A DNA stretch of 64,000 nucleotides from Candidatus Hatepunaea meridiana (GTDB lineage Bacteria > Electryoneota > AABM5-125-24 > Hatepunaeales > Hatepunaeaceae), in NCBI GenBank assembly GCA_030765125.1, contig JAVCDD010000250.1, positions 14,800 to 78,799 on the forward strand. The letters are read 5' to 3'. Position 1 is the first letter of the stretch, and the number at the start of each line of letters is the position of its first letter. The notes under the pieces were generated by a model. That model made no database searches, had not been told where the DNA came from, and was given only the letters and a program-made list of their open reading frames with translations. A program made the translations under genes and the position numbers. Shown here in pieces: positions 29,201-38,187 of this stretch.

Positions 29201-31319
29201 CCTCTGTCGATAAAACAATTGAAAGGTCCTGAACATCTTCGTTACCGTTGTTGCTGAATGTTAAAGTTGTCGGCAGCGTTTCTCCGCTCCCGAATTTATC
29301 ATCTTCGTCATCTATGCTGAAATTATCCAGTTCAATCATAACATTCTGCGCTTGAACGTTAATAGCATCAATAACAGGCAAAGTATTCGGACGGGTGATA
29401 GTAAGCAGCAATTCTCCTTCCTCTAAGTAACCTGAAGCGAAAGTGAACCTTGCCCATCCATCATCACCGGGGAACGTCACCAAATGCACTTCATTATCCG
29501 GTTGCGATATACAAACGGTGGCATCTGCATATAAACCTTCTTCGGAATCAACCAGAATGTTTAAACCTGTCGCACCAAGAGTAACAGTCTCCGGATATTC
29601 AGCTTCAAGTTGAACCGGATACCGGGTAAAAACATTCACGGAAGGATCTCCCAGCAGGCGATAAACCATCAAAGTGGGAATTACAATCCCTTCAGTCACA
29701 TGCTTATCATACCTGAAATCCGCCGCAAAATTTATCTTACTTACGAGTTGAATCAAACCGGGTTGATTCATTTTTCTATAAGTGATGGCTCTGACAATCC
29801 AACCCAATATGCTCTGGTTAGTCTTGGTATTAGTCGGACCAAACATAGCATATACTGCTATTGGTCCGTTCGGAACTCGGGGAGTGCCTGAATGAAAGAA
29901 AGCTGCCTGTCTTCTACCTGAATGACACGTAACAGCACATACAAACGGATGTTTACGACCGGTATAAGTAGCCCGGTCTTCACTCATATCTATCATACTT
30001 CCCAAAAGCCAGCCACGGCTTAGCGCCAGACTTCTTCCATCTTCCAGGGCTTCTTGTGTCTCCTGTACCACACCTTCGTTATCATTCGGTCTTGCATATA
30101 AAGTGTCAACCCAGGTATAAGGTGGATCAGAGAAACGCATTAACCTGTCGTGTGTCCACCGTCCCAGTTGAAACATTGATGCGACTAACTCACCACCCTG
30201 AGCGCCAATGTCTTCAGCGGTAAAGATTGCTTTAGAGTACCAACTGTCATTAATATCTTCCTCATCATCAATATAAGGATCGCTTTCATATAGTATTGAC
30301 CTGTTGAAAGCTGCCTCTAACTGAGCATCACCATCTATATAAAAACGTCCTACGGTAATATCCGGTCCTAATATTTCATCACCGTCCATAAGAGAGAAAT
30401 AATGATCACCAAGATCACGTTCAGAGGGGAAATAGCTTCTGTTCTGGATTGTATCCTGTCCGATTATTATCAAGTGTGAAATAGGGATTTCAGGTGGATC
30501 GACATTATAATAATTATCCCGGATCAATTCTCTAATGTCTGCCGATCCCATTCCAACAGCGTCTTCTATTGCTTCGATATCCACTTGGTAACCCATCTGA
30601 CGTTTCCATTCGGCAAATTCAGCAATAGATAGTTCTGCGGCTCGAGACAAACTTGTATCATGAATAATAAGAATGCGCGCCAGGAACGATACTTGAATTT
30701 CGTCGTAGTCGCGGCGCGGTGGATTAAGCAGCAGTTGATCTATAACTCTTGCCATCTCGCTGCCCGGGGGATCATTAACCGGATTCACAGATCTATTTAT
30801 CGAAGCATCGGGAATAAAACTGATGTTTAAGGAAATATCCGTGTTCTCAACTACACTATTTCTGCTCTGATCAAACTGAACCGGATAGACGGTTATCGGA
30901 GTTATTGGCATCCCGCGGAAGATAATAGTCCCACCTACGGAAACGGGCTCCGGTGGAAATAGTTCTAAATGCGTTAGTTGTTCTGAATTAACTGATAACC
31001 GGTTAATAACGTCATACTTATCTATATCTTTATAAAGACAACTGGAACGGTTGTTGATATCTACCTCAACCCGGTGCCCGGGTGGTATCCTGATCCAGCG
31101 TCTGACAATCGGAATTTCTTTATTATCAGAGGTATAACTATAGCTCTCAATATTGCTGCCAGGATCAATTGTCATTTGAGCAATTGTCGGAAGTTGAAAA
31201 TCAAGTGAAAGCCCTGAATTTCCGTGATCCTGTACCTGGATATTAACTGATGTACTGGGTGACGCTCCGACTGCAAATGCAAGAAGCAGTACAAGAGCCG
31301 GTGCAAGAAGCCTGTTCAT
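26271..31319 (-). CDS. Very large secreted gingipain-like (peptidase C25 family) protein with a T9SS C-terminal sorting domain
   Basis: Signal peptide present. C25-like blocks: HLIIIGQD..., DHYFSLMDGDEILGPDITVGRFY..., SLALSRGW..., KHPFVCAVTCHSG. The C-terminal domain reads AYPNPFNSMTRIGYSL...IYDITGREVAVL...GIYFYRLE...RMVLLR. Confidence 0.75.
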   Translation of the reverse strand: MNRLLAPALVLLLAFAVGASPSTSVNIQVQDHGNSGLSLDFQLPTIAQMTIDPGSNIESYSYTSDNKEIPIVRRWIRIPPGHRVEVDINNRSSCLYKDIDKYDVINRLSVNSEQLTHLELFPPEPVSVGGTIIFRGMPITPITVYPVQFDQSRNSVVENTDISLNISFIPDASINRSVNPVNDPPGSEMARVIDQLLLNPPRRDYDEIQVSFLARILIIHDTSLSRAAELSIAEFAEWKRQMGYQVDIEAIEDAVGMGSADIRELIRDNYYNVDPPEIPISHLIIIGQDTIQNRSYFPSERDLGDHYFSLMDGDEILGPDITVGRFYIDGDAQLEAAFNRSILYESDPYIDDEEDINDSWYSKAIFTAEDIGAQGGELVASMFQLGRWTHDRLMRFSDPPYTWVDTLYARPNDNEGVVQETQEALEDGRSLALSRGWLLGSMIDMSEDRATYTGRKHPFVCAVTCHSGRRQAAFFHSGTPRVPNGPIAVYAMFGPTNTKTNQSILGWIVRAITYRKMNQPGLIQLVSKINFAADFRYDKHVTEGIVIPTLMVYRLLGDPSVNVFTRYPVQLEAEYPETVTLGATGLNILVDSEEGLYADATVCISQPDNEVHLVTFPGDDGWARFTFASGYLEEGELLLTITRPNTLPVIDAINVQAQNVMIELDNFSIDDEDDKFGSGETLPTTLTFSNNGNEDVQDLSIVLSTEDPWVTFSEDRLSLQEIPEGEDREIEFEMYIHESSKAYRLVRIGVEVEAGDSRWSHSFTFPTAGHLLADRRIRFGDDQTFDPGQTVDLIPVLTNHGDLRLEEFSATLISLNDDITVIEDSVEYPPIDPRPDEGYAPIDNSAFRVELDTIAIPGDSARFRLDLFAGNDDEDFRDTIYFQELIGQPDVRDPFGPDEYGYICFDSGDEGWGDRTPVYDWIEINTSEEDNNFMGTRLDFRDYLEEQDDSAVLELPFSFRYYGQQFDTLIVCTNGWIAFGNDNSKYHTFRNWSIPGIQGPDAQIAVMWQDLVITSPTNARGVYYYYDEDNGRFIVEWSNMQLFHGDNRPADDHLVEFQVILYDPSIYHSSTGDGDIKIQYKTFEDFRGISHDNQFSTIGLKNLDNTGGLQYVYWSEYSDRCMELVDETALFFTMDVILEYGGLAGRAVVADDTSQTLEGVRVYTRRGYETLTDDNGRFEFDDIAAGREEVFFALDDYNTMSARVDIFPDSTTQIGMQMTYPLIRLSDDPIRGEARPDSGCGGQLIDVYNDGIGDLEYSVSRRYRDGSDTEYEQISEIGVGEILDVPYLFGCQFVEDEVFVTYTEDLGQVGSERISVFNRNNQLVRSFEQPSYQSFGFMDLAYDGTYLYGGDLREDTVVLVQFDTNGDRVRDIDVPLSVNDFPFARALAWRPETETIFMAHDLHRIYEMNMDARIVDSFYVDLPDGRPSIKGMAWNPVDDDNMPLYIMDWAANDTNRRMRLIKVNPYTRRSEVLGDISILDQDKGKGLSIGFNWEQGVACLASIADKSNRFNEDMLRIYEIGPDTRFLIVNIGDGIVQPNGESPITVIMSALGLEDGQEFEMGLVINHNARGEEVVVPIEFRVNARSNINGNVSIPLEFGLDNAYPNPFNSMTRIGYSLDIAGITTLKIYDITGREVAVLIDNEMPAGKHNVLFESENFASGIYFYRLESGMDSQVKRMVLLR

Positions 31320-31573
31320 GGTGTTTCCCTTTTTTAACGAAAATTACTTTTTTTAACTGCAGATTACGCAGATTTAACAGATTCTTTTTATCAGTAGATG
31401 CGACACTCTTGTCGCATGGCAACCTCGCAGGCGGTAACACCTACGCTATTATAATATACGATATTTTTGTTCTGAATACAAATTATAATTCACAGCAGAT
31501 TTAGCTGATGAAGCAGATTTCATCTGACTTTATTGATTATCAGCGTAATCTGTGTAATCTGCGGAAAATACTA

Positions 31574-32923
31574 CTATTCCGAATCGTATCTTGCCAATCC
31601 CATACTCTTATCAATCTGCATCTTCATCATCACCATTCCGGTGAGCAGTTTGGGGAAGAAGTCGGTTGATTTCTGGGGCATCCTTTCACCGGCAAGCGCT
31701 ACGTCTCGAACCTGATCCATACGCGTGGCGTTGATCAGAAAAGCTGCCTGATTGCCGTCTTTGCCAACGAGATCGAGAATTTCATCGCGACCGCGGATAT
31801 AGTGGACGTTGCTGTATGAAGCGAGTTTCTCTGCTGTAATCCCAAGTATACGATCCAACAACGCCGTGTGTAAAACCGTTACATCCAATCGACTCCAGAT
31901 TTCGGAATGCTCACCTTCGACAAGCTTGTCCATTAACGTTGGATCTTTCAAGGTTAACAGACGGTAACCGTCTATTCCTTCAGCGCTAAACCCAAATACT
32001 GACTTTCCAGCTTTCCCGCCCTCATTCAATGCAGTATATAGCTCAGAACGGTCGACATACTCAGTAATCTCAAAATCGGATGCGGCTTTAGCGAGGAACT
32101 TATCGGGATTAAACCCATCCAGTGAATGAACCAGACGATGGGTCGGTAGAATTGTCAAACCCGGATCGTGCATATTAACCATAGTCATCATCCGGAATGT
32201 GAATGTCTCAGAACCTACAGGTTTCCAGTTGCGTTCATTGCATTCATTCATATAATTCACAGCGGTTTCAAAGCGATGATGCCCGTCAGCGATAAACAGT
32301 TCCAGATTCTCAAACACATCATTAATGTCCAATATCACCCCAGGACGAGTGATACGATAAAGTCTATGAATAGCGCCAAAGTCGTCTTTAACCTCCATAA
32401 CAGGCTTTGCACCCATCATACCGCCTTCAACCAGGTCATTGATCCTATTCTCCGGATCATCATAGAGCATAAATATCTGACCGTCGTTCGCTTCCGTTGC
32501 CTTCATTAACTTCAACCTGTCCGCCTTTGGACCTGAAAGAGTTTTTTCATGGGCACGAACCTTTGCATTGTCATCATCAAGGTCTACCAAAGCAATAAGC
32601 CCTTTGCGAATGTATGTTGTCCCCTCAACGGTATATTCCTGAAAATACGCATAGATAGCCGGACCGCCTTCCTTTATCAGAACGCGCTCGTCAATCCATT
32701 TATTCCAAAAACCTGCTGCTCGGGTGTACTGGTTGTCGTTGGGGTTATCCAATTCCTTGATAACGCCCTTAATTATACGCACAACGTTATATTCGTTACG
32801 GTTATAGTACTCGTCACGAAGCGTATCGTCTATTATATCATACGGTTGAGTTACAACCTTATTAAGATCGCCGACCTCAGCCTTATTATACCGATAACCT
32901 CTGAATGACGCTATTTTCGCCAT
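31574..32923 (-). CDS. DUF1015-family protein
   Basis: N-terminus MAKIASFRGYRYNK......VVTQPYDII and the internal FIADGHHR motif, as I recall them for DUF1015 proteins. Confidence 0.7.
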   Translation of the reverse strand: MAKIASFRGYRYNKAEVGDLNKVVTQPYDIIDDTLRDEYYNRNEYNVVRIIKGVIKELDNPNDNQYTRAAGFWNKWIDERVLIKEGGPAIYAYFQEYTVEGTTYIRKGLIALVDLDDDNAKVRAHEKTLSGPKADRLKLMKATEANDGQIFMLYDDPENRINDLVEGGMMGAKPVMEVKDDFGAIHRLYRITRPGVILDINDVFENLELFIADGHHRFETAVNYMNECNERNWKPVGSETFTFRMMTMVNMHDPGLTILPTHRLVHSLDGFNPDKFLAKAASDFEITEYVDRSELYTALNEGGKAGKSVFGFSAEGIDGYRLLTLKDPTLMDKLVEGEHSEIWSRLDVTVLHTALLDRILGITAEKLASYSNVHYIRGRDEILDLVGKDGNQAAFLINATRMDQVRDVALAGERMPQKSTDFFPKLLTGMVMMKMQIDKSMGLARYDSE

Positions 32924-32976
32924 TTTTTCTCCTTAAGTTAAAAAGTTTCAAGTTTTCAAGTTTGAAAGTTAGCAAG

Positions 32977-33150
32977 TTAGTGCCTGACCGAAAAGTCCCC
33001 CTTTTGTCATTCCCGACAGGCAGAGACGCCTGTCGCTCCTAATTTCCAATTTTTAGATAACCTGCTCATGTCGCTTTCGTAATTTCTTTGAAATTAAGAA
33101 AGATCAAGCTACAAGAGTGTCGCTTCTACTATTTTTCATACTTGGTTGAG
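32977..33150. repeat. Mosaic of repeat modules shared with 25.96, 52.04, 43.75 and 54.73 kb
   Basis: ttagtgcctgaccgaaaa matches 25961..25978 apart from one mismatch, and ttttgtcattcccg matches 26006..26019. ccgacaggcagagacgcctgtcgctcctaatttcc (33012..33046) matches 52044..52078 with 3 mismatches. caagctacaagagtgtcgcttctactattttt (33105..33136) matches the right arm of the 88-bp element. Confidence 0.8.
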
Positions 33151-33176
33151 TCGCCTAACGACACTGCAACAAAGGA

Positions 33177-33950
33177 TTATTTGATCAAAACCACCCGTTC
33201 AACCTGCTTCTGTCCCTCAATCTCAATTGAAACCAAGTACAATCCGTTGTGTAAACCTTCACCATCAAGAATAAAATGATGATATCCGGATTTCAAAAAT
33301 TCTCCAAGTAGTGTTCTGACCTTCCTGCCGGATATATCATAGATATTGAGAATTACATAAGCTGGCTTATGAAGCGTGAATTCAATTTGAGCATTTGAAT
33401 TAAAAGGATTTGGGAAAATCCTCTCAAGTTGAAACTGCTGTGGAGATAGGTTTGGTTCTTTATCCTTTATTCTAAGGGTTGCTTCGACGACGATTAAAGC
33501 CAGATTATGAAAAGTCAATTCATTCCCCTGAAAGAACTCCACTGACATGTTCAGTTCCCAATGGTGTACCGGGTCCCAATAACGCAAAAGGACTTCTTCA
33601 CCATCCTCAAAACCCTCGACTTCATCGGTAAAAGAATCATCTCCCCATGCCGCCAGCCCCCAACCTATCTCTGAATCAGGATCAAGTCGCACTACACCCC
33701 CAAAGACGCCTTCAGGAGTGAAACACGCCATCTCAGAGCCTTCGACAACCTCTAATCCATATATCTCCCTGAAAAGAATAGACATATTGGAGTCAGTACG
33801 CCGATGATCCGGCCAATGTTCACCGTTCAATTCCTGATGCTGTTCAATATCTCTCAGACTTGTATTAAAATCTACCTGAGCGATAAGGACAACAGGTGAA
33901 AATAAAAGGAAAATTAGTATTACCAGCCTAATGTAATTCATAATATCCAA
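33177..33950 (-). CDS. Secreted protein of unknown function with a T9SS C-terminal sorting domain
   Basis: Signal peptide present. The C-terminus reads IFPNPFNSNAQIEFTL...IYDISGRKVRTL...GLYLVSIE...RVVLIK. Confidence 0.7.
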   Translation of the reverse strand: MDIMNYIRLVILIFLLFSPVVLIAQVDFNTSLRDIEQHQELNGEHWPDHRRTDSNMSILFREIYGLEVVEGSEMACFTPEGVFGGVVRLDPDSEIGWGLAAWGDDSFTDEVEGFEDGEEVLLRYWDPVHHWELNMSVEFFQGNELTFHNLALIVVEATLRIKDKEPNLSPQQFQLERIFPNPFNSNAQIEFTLHKPAYVILNIYDISGRKVRTLLGEFLKSGYHHFILDGEGLHNGLYLVSIEIEGQKQVERVVLIK

Positions 33951-34028
33951 ACCTCTTTAGTTGCAAAGACTTCCAGCCTGTGAGTGTTGGGGAGGGTGGA
34001 CAGGAATATCAGCCCTCCCCTATGATCG

Positions 34029-34925
34029 TTACTTTAAGAAATCAATCAACTGTGAAGCAACTTCAAGACCTATTCTATCCTGTGCTTCCACTGTTGATCC
34101 ACCTATATGCGGTGTTACGCTGATCTTTGGATGTTTTGCCAATTCAGCCTTAGGGTTAGGTTCACCCACGAAAACATCCACACCCGCACCGGCAAGTTTG
34201 CCTGAGTTGAGCGCCTCCATCAAAGCGTCTTCATCTACGGTTCCACCTCGGGAACAATTTATCAGGTAAGAACCATCCTTCATTTTCGCGAATTCATCCG
34301 TGCTGAGAACATATCCATCAGGATCAACCGGTATATGCAGCGAGAGATAATCCGCTTGTGCCAGAACCTCTTTCTTGCCGAGAAGCTTAAGATCAAGATC
34401 AATTGAATCCACATAAGGATCATAAGCGATGACTTTCATTCCCAAAGCTAATGCCTTTCTTGCCAATGCTTGACCGATCCGTCCGATGCCGAGGATACCA
34501 AGTGTCTTACCTGCAAGTTCAACGCCTTTGTACTGCTTCTTGTTCCACTCTTTGTTGCGCATTGTCAGGTTGGCAGGAATAAGGTGACGGGATAGTGCAA
34601 ACATATGTGCCAGAGCCAGTTCGGCAACGGAGTCCGAGCTTGCTGCTGGAGTGTTCATCACTTTGATGCCTTTTTCTTCAGCGTATTTAACGTCAATATT
34701 ATCCACACCGACGCCACCGCGAACGATTGCCTTAAGGTTCGGAATGCCTGCGTCAATCACGTCCTTACGCACTTTTGTAGCGCTGCGGACGACGATAGCA
34801 TCGAATTCTGCAATCCTGGAAGGAAGTTCTTCCTGGGGAATCTTATCTGTTTGTAGTGTATGTCCTGCCTCGCGGAGCATATCCGCCCCTGCCGCCGACA
34901 TACCGTCGTTTACTAATATTTTCAT
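34029..34925 (-). CDS. serA: D-3-phosphoglycerate dehydrogenase (short form without ACT domain)
   Basis: D-2-hydroxyacid dehydrogenase fold with GILGIGRIGQALA, catalytic R/E/H positions (CSRGG, ...TPHIGGST) and adjacency to serC. Confidence 0.8.
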   Translation of the reverse strand: MKILVNDGMSAAGADMLREAGHTLQTDKIPQEELPSRIAEFDAIVVRSATKVRKDVIDAGIPNLKAIVRGGVGVDNIDVKYAEEKGIKVMNTPAASSDSVAELALAHMFALSRHLIPANLTMRNKEWNKKQYKGVELAGKTLGILGIGRIGQALARKALALGMKVIAYDPYVDSIDLDLKLLGKKEVLAQADYLSLHIPVDPDGYVLSTDEFAKMKDGSYLINCSRGGTVDEDALMEALNSGKLAGAGVDVFVGEPNPKAELAKHPKISVTPHIGGSTVEAQDRIGLEVASQLIDFLK

Positions 34926-35012
34926 TTGTATATCCTTGAATTAATTTTCAAGTTCGCAAGTTAAAAATGTTGTTGTCTTCTGGACTTATAACTTGAAAAC
35001 TTGAAAGCTTTC

Positions 35013-36104
35013 TTACTTGTTTTCCACTATAAAACCCTTCATAAACCCAACCAGATCCTCGATAGCTTCCGGTGGGATGGCATTGTACATTGAGACGCGA
35101 ATGCCGCCGACGCTGCGGTGACCTTTCAGACCGTTGAAACCGGCTGCCTTGCCTTCAGCGATGAACTTAGCTTCAAGTTCTTCGTTCGGCAGACGCATAC
35201 AGACATTCATCCAACTGCGGCTATCCTTGTCGACAGTTCCACGATAGAAGTCTAAATTGTCATCCATAAATCCATATAGGAGATCGGCTTTCTTTCTGTT
35301 ACGATTCTCCATCGCTTCAAGACCGCCCATTTCGTCAATCCACGTCAACACCCGGTTCATAAACCAGATACCGAAGGTGTTGGGTGTATTATAAAGTGAA
35401 TTCTTATCAACGTGGATTTGATACGTCAACATAGTTGTAATACCCTCACGGGCTGTCTTGAGCAGATCGTCACGAAGTATCACTAATGTTACGCCGGATG
35501 GTCCCAGGTTCTTCTGAGCGCCACCGAACATTAGTGCAAACGGTTTCGTATTAAAGCGATGTGAGAAAAAGTCGCTCGACATATCGCAGATAATCGGTAC
35601 GTCGCCGGTATCGGGAAATTCAAGGAATTGCGTTCCTTTGATAGTGTTATTGCTGGTGATATGAACGTAGGCAGCGCCATCGGTCAGCTTGAGTTCTTCC
35701 TGCCTGGGCAAGCGCGTGAAGCCTACTTCCTTACCGTCAAAGGCAACATTGATATTACCGAACAACTTGGCTTCCTTAATAGCCTTGGTTGACCAGGAGC
35801 CGGTATTGATATAATCAGCGGTTTTCCCTTCACCAAGGAAATTCATCGGCGCCATTGCGAATTGCAGCGAAGCGCCTCCCTGCAGGAAAAGAACATGATA
35901 TTCATCGCCCAATCCAAGCAATTTTTTGACCAGGGAAACGGTATTATTATGGATTACATCGTATTCCTTGGAACGATGCGACCATTCCATCAGGTTCATA
36001 CCGGTATTCTGGTAGTTGAACCAGCCCTCGTTAATATGTTCGAGAACCTCAAGCGGCACACCAGCCGGACCAGGATTGAAGTTCCAGATTCTGTCGTATT
36101 TCAT
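35013..36104 (-). CDS. serC: Phosphoserine aminotransferase
   Basis: NFNPGPAGVP N-terminus, LFLQGGASLQF, the GAQKNLGPSG PLP-lysine block and the C-terminal GGIRVSMYNA. Confidence 0.95.
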   Translation of the reverse strand: MKYDRIWNFNPGPAGVPLEVLEHINEGWFNYQNTGMNLMEWSHRSKEYDVIHNNTVSLVKKLLGLGDEYHVLFLQGGASLQFAMAPMNFLGEGKTADYINTGSWSTKAIKEAKLFGNINVAFDGKEVGFTRLPRQEELKLTDGAAYVHITSNNTIKGTQFLEFPDTGDVPIICDMSSDFFSHRFNTKPFALMFGGAQKNLGPSGVTLVILRDDLLKTAREGITTMLTYQIHVDKNSLYNTPNTFGIWFMNRVLTWIDEMGGLEAMENRNRKKADLLYGFMDDNLDFYRGTVDKDSRSWMNVCMRLPNEELEAKFIAEGKAAGFNGLKGHRSVGGIRVSMYNAIPPEAIEDLVGFMKGFIVENK

Positions 36105-36352
36105 TTTTGTTGACCTCGCTTAAGTGTAAAGATTAGTTGTTTACTTTAATATACGAAATTTTTCACAGCAGATAAAACGGATTAAGCAGATAGTTAAGAG
36201 TTTATTCCGATAATTTGGTTTGGTGAGTTAAGAATTCAACGTTTAGAGTTCGACCTTTAGGTTGTTTTTCTTTCCCGAACTAACGAAGCTAACTCTGAAC
36301 TCCGCATTCCGAACTCCAATTTGTTTAATCGGTATGATATACGGTTAGTAAT

Positions 36353-36916
36353 TTACCTAAAAACATCCTGTATGCGCTCTTCTAAATCCTTAAGTTCCGG
36401 ACATCGTTCTTTCAATCCGTTATAATTACGTAAGGTTTCACCAATCAGAATATCGCGACCGCCTCCAGCCCGCCGCGAGTCACCATATTCCGCCAGAAAC
36501 GGATCAAATACGTTTTCTTTTACAGAAACATCACTTCTGATATCAAACCAGCTTTCAGATAGTTTATCTTGATGACCTGCCAACAGCCAGATTTCAATTT
36601 CTTCTTTTGCAGCACAGCATAGGAGTCGAACTCCTTTCTTCTCAGCAATATCCTCAAGCCTTACGAACTCACTACTCCTGTCCTTTCCATCAGCATCAGG
36701 CAGGAACAACAACAGATCGAAATGGGAATACCCATCCATAATCTGATCAACCAAGAGCGATTTAATATGCTCATAGCCTTTTGCTTTTGGATTAGAAAGA
36801 ACACTAACCCTTGCGTTGGGTTTATTACAGGCTCGCATAATCCTGCTGACAAGCGGCTGTAAGATGTATCCGTTATAGGTTGGATCTTCTGGAATTACCT
36901 TGACACGAAAACTCAC
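36353..36916 (-). CDS. Small TOPRIM-like protein (DUF4276/DUF4435-like), partner of the upstream ATPase
   Basis: I moved the start to the GTG at 36916, preceded by GGAGGA at a 6-nt spacing and overlapping the ATPase stop as GTGA. Motifs: an early acidic VKVIPEDP, a DxD in LLLFLPDADGKD and a later EEIEIWLLAGH. Family assignment is by eye only. Confidence 0.5.
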   Translation of the reverse strand: MSFRVKVIPEDPTYNGYILQPLVSRIMRACNKPNARVSVLSNPKAKGYEHIKSLLVDQIMDGYSHFDLLLFLPDADGKDRSSEFVRLEDIAEKKGVRLLCCAAKEEIEIWLLAGHQDKLSESWFDIRSDVSVKENVFDPFLAEYGDSRRAGGGRDILIGETLRNYNGLKERCPELKDLEERIQDVFR

Positions 36917-38175
36917 AACGCATCCTCCAGCCAACCCTCTGTAAACAGGTCGCCAAGTGACTGTTTATCTATGATTTCGAGGAGACGTGGGATTTCTGAT
37001 AATGGAGTAATAGTCGATGCGCCTGTTTCCTCATCGCGCTTACAGATAAAAGTTGTCTCATAATCCTCTTTCTTGAGCCATTGTAAAACCAGCGGTGAAT
37101 GAGTTGTTGCTATTACCTGGCATCTCTCACTCGAACGTGTTTTCAACAATTCGACCAGCAAACGTAATCTGCTTGGGTGAATGCCGTTCTCTATTTCTTC
37201 AATTGTAATTATATGAGGCATATCAGGTTGGAAGAAAGCTGCGGTTATAGCAGCAAAACGCAATGTCCCATCAGATAGAATAGGCGCCGGATACTTCACA
37301 CCCCTTTCGACTGTTGCAAACATTGGTTCACCCAATGCCCCGGACAATACTGTTACATCATCAAGCTCTGTTGGAGTCAATTGTTTAAGCCAACTTAAAT
37401 ATGCTGATTTTGTGTATTCATCACTAATGATAGTATTTACGAGTGCTGCAAAATTCTCACCGTGATCACCCATTCTTTTTGCGTAAGCAGATTTCGAGTA
37501 AGTGCGTAATATCGAGAGTAAAGGATCAAATCTTTGAATGTCTATTAACGTTAATTGTGCGTGATATGCGCTATTCCTATGAGTTGATGAAATAATTTTG
37601 TTATTTAAATCTTTATCCTTCAAGAGTTGATGCAGTATTGGTAGTGATCTCGCAAACTTAAGTTGAGTTCTTCCTTCTCGTCGACTTCCACAATAAGAAA
37701 CCTTGATCGTTTTATAGTCGAATTCTTCGCTTTTAAAAACTGACTTTCTATCATAAAGGAATTCTTCCTTACATACGACCTTTTTTTTACTTGAAAAGGC
37801 TATTGAATAGTTGCAATCTACGTATGTGATTCTTTCCCTAAAGTGTATTGGAGCTTCTGCAGGTAGACGCATTCCAACTGAAAGAAGGATTTTGTCTTTT
37901 TTAAGTTTAGGTAGAGAATTTCCTTTACTAATGAAGGACGCCTTTTCACTACCTCCTCTTATTCCTTCCCATACTTCACTCGTCGCGCTCTTAGGTTTCC
38001 CATTAAGTATCTCATCAAACGTATACCCATACCCAATGCCCTGTAACACTCTCAGTGCATCAAAGAAATTAGACTTCCCACTGGCATTTGTACCGATGAA
38101 AAGGTTAAACTTGCCGAGCTTTAGTTTTACTTTTTTCAGGCTTTTGAAGCCTTCAATTTCAATTTTATTAATCAT
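36913..38175 (-). CDS. ABC/SMC-type AAA ATPase (AAA_15/AAA_21-like) with no transmembrane or nuclease domain
   Basis: Start IEIEGFKSLK, Walker A GTNASGKSN, ABC signature LSDGTLRF, Walker B IITIEEIENGIHP and H-loop ATTHSP. Confidence 0.8.
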   Translation of the reverse strand: MINKIEIEGFKSLKKVKLKLGKFNLFIGTNASGKSNFFDALRVLQGIGYGYTFDEILNGKPKSATSEVWEGIRGGSEKASFISKGNSLPKLKKDKILLSVGMRLPAEAPIHFRERITYVDCNYSIAFSSKKKVVCKEEFLYDRKSVFKSEEFDYKTIKVSYCGSRREGRTQLKFARSLPILHQLLKDKDLNNKIISSTHRNSAYHAQLTLIDIQRFDPLLSILRTYSKSAYAKRMGDHGENFAALVNTIISDEYTKSAYLSWLKQLTPTELDDVTVLSGALGEPMFATVERGVKYPAPILSDGTLRFAAITAAFFQPDMPHIITIEEIENGIHPSRLRLLVELLKTRSSERCQVIATTHSPLVLQWLKKEDYETTFICKRDEETGASTITPLSEIPRLLEIIDKQSLGDLFTEGWLEDAL

Positions 38176-38187
38176 AACACTACCTCC

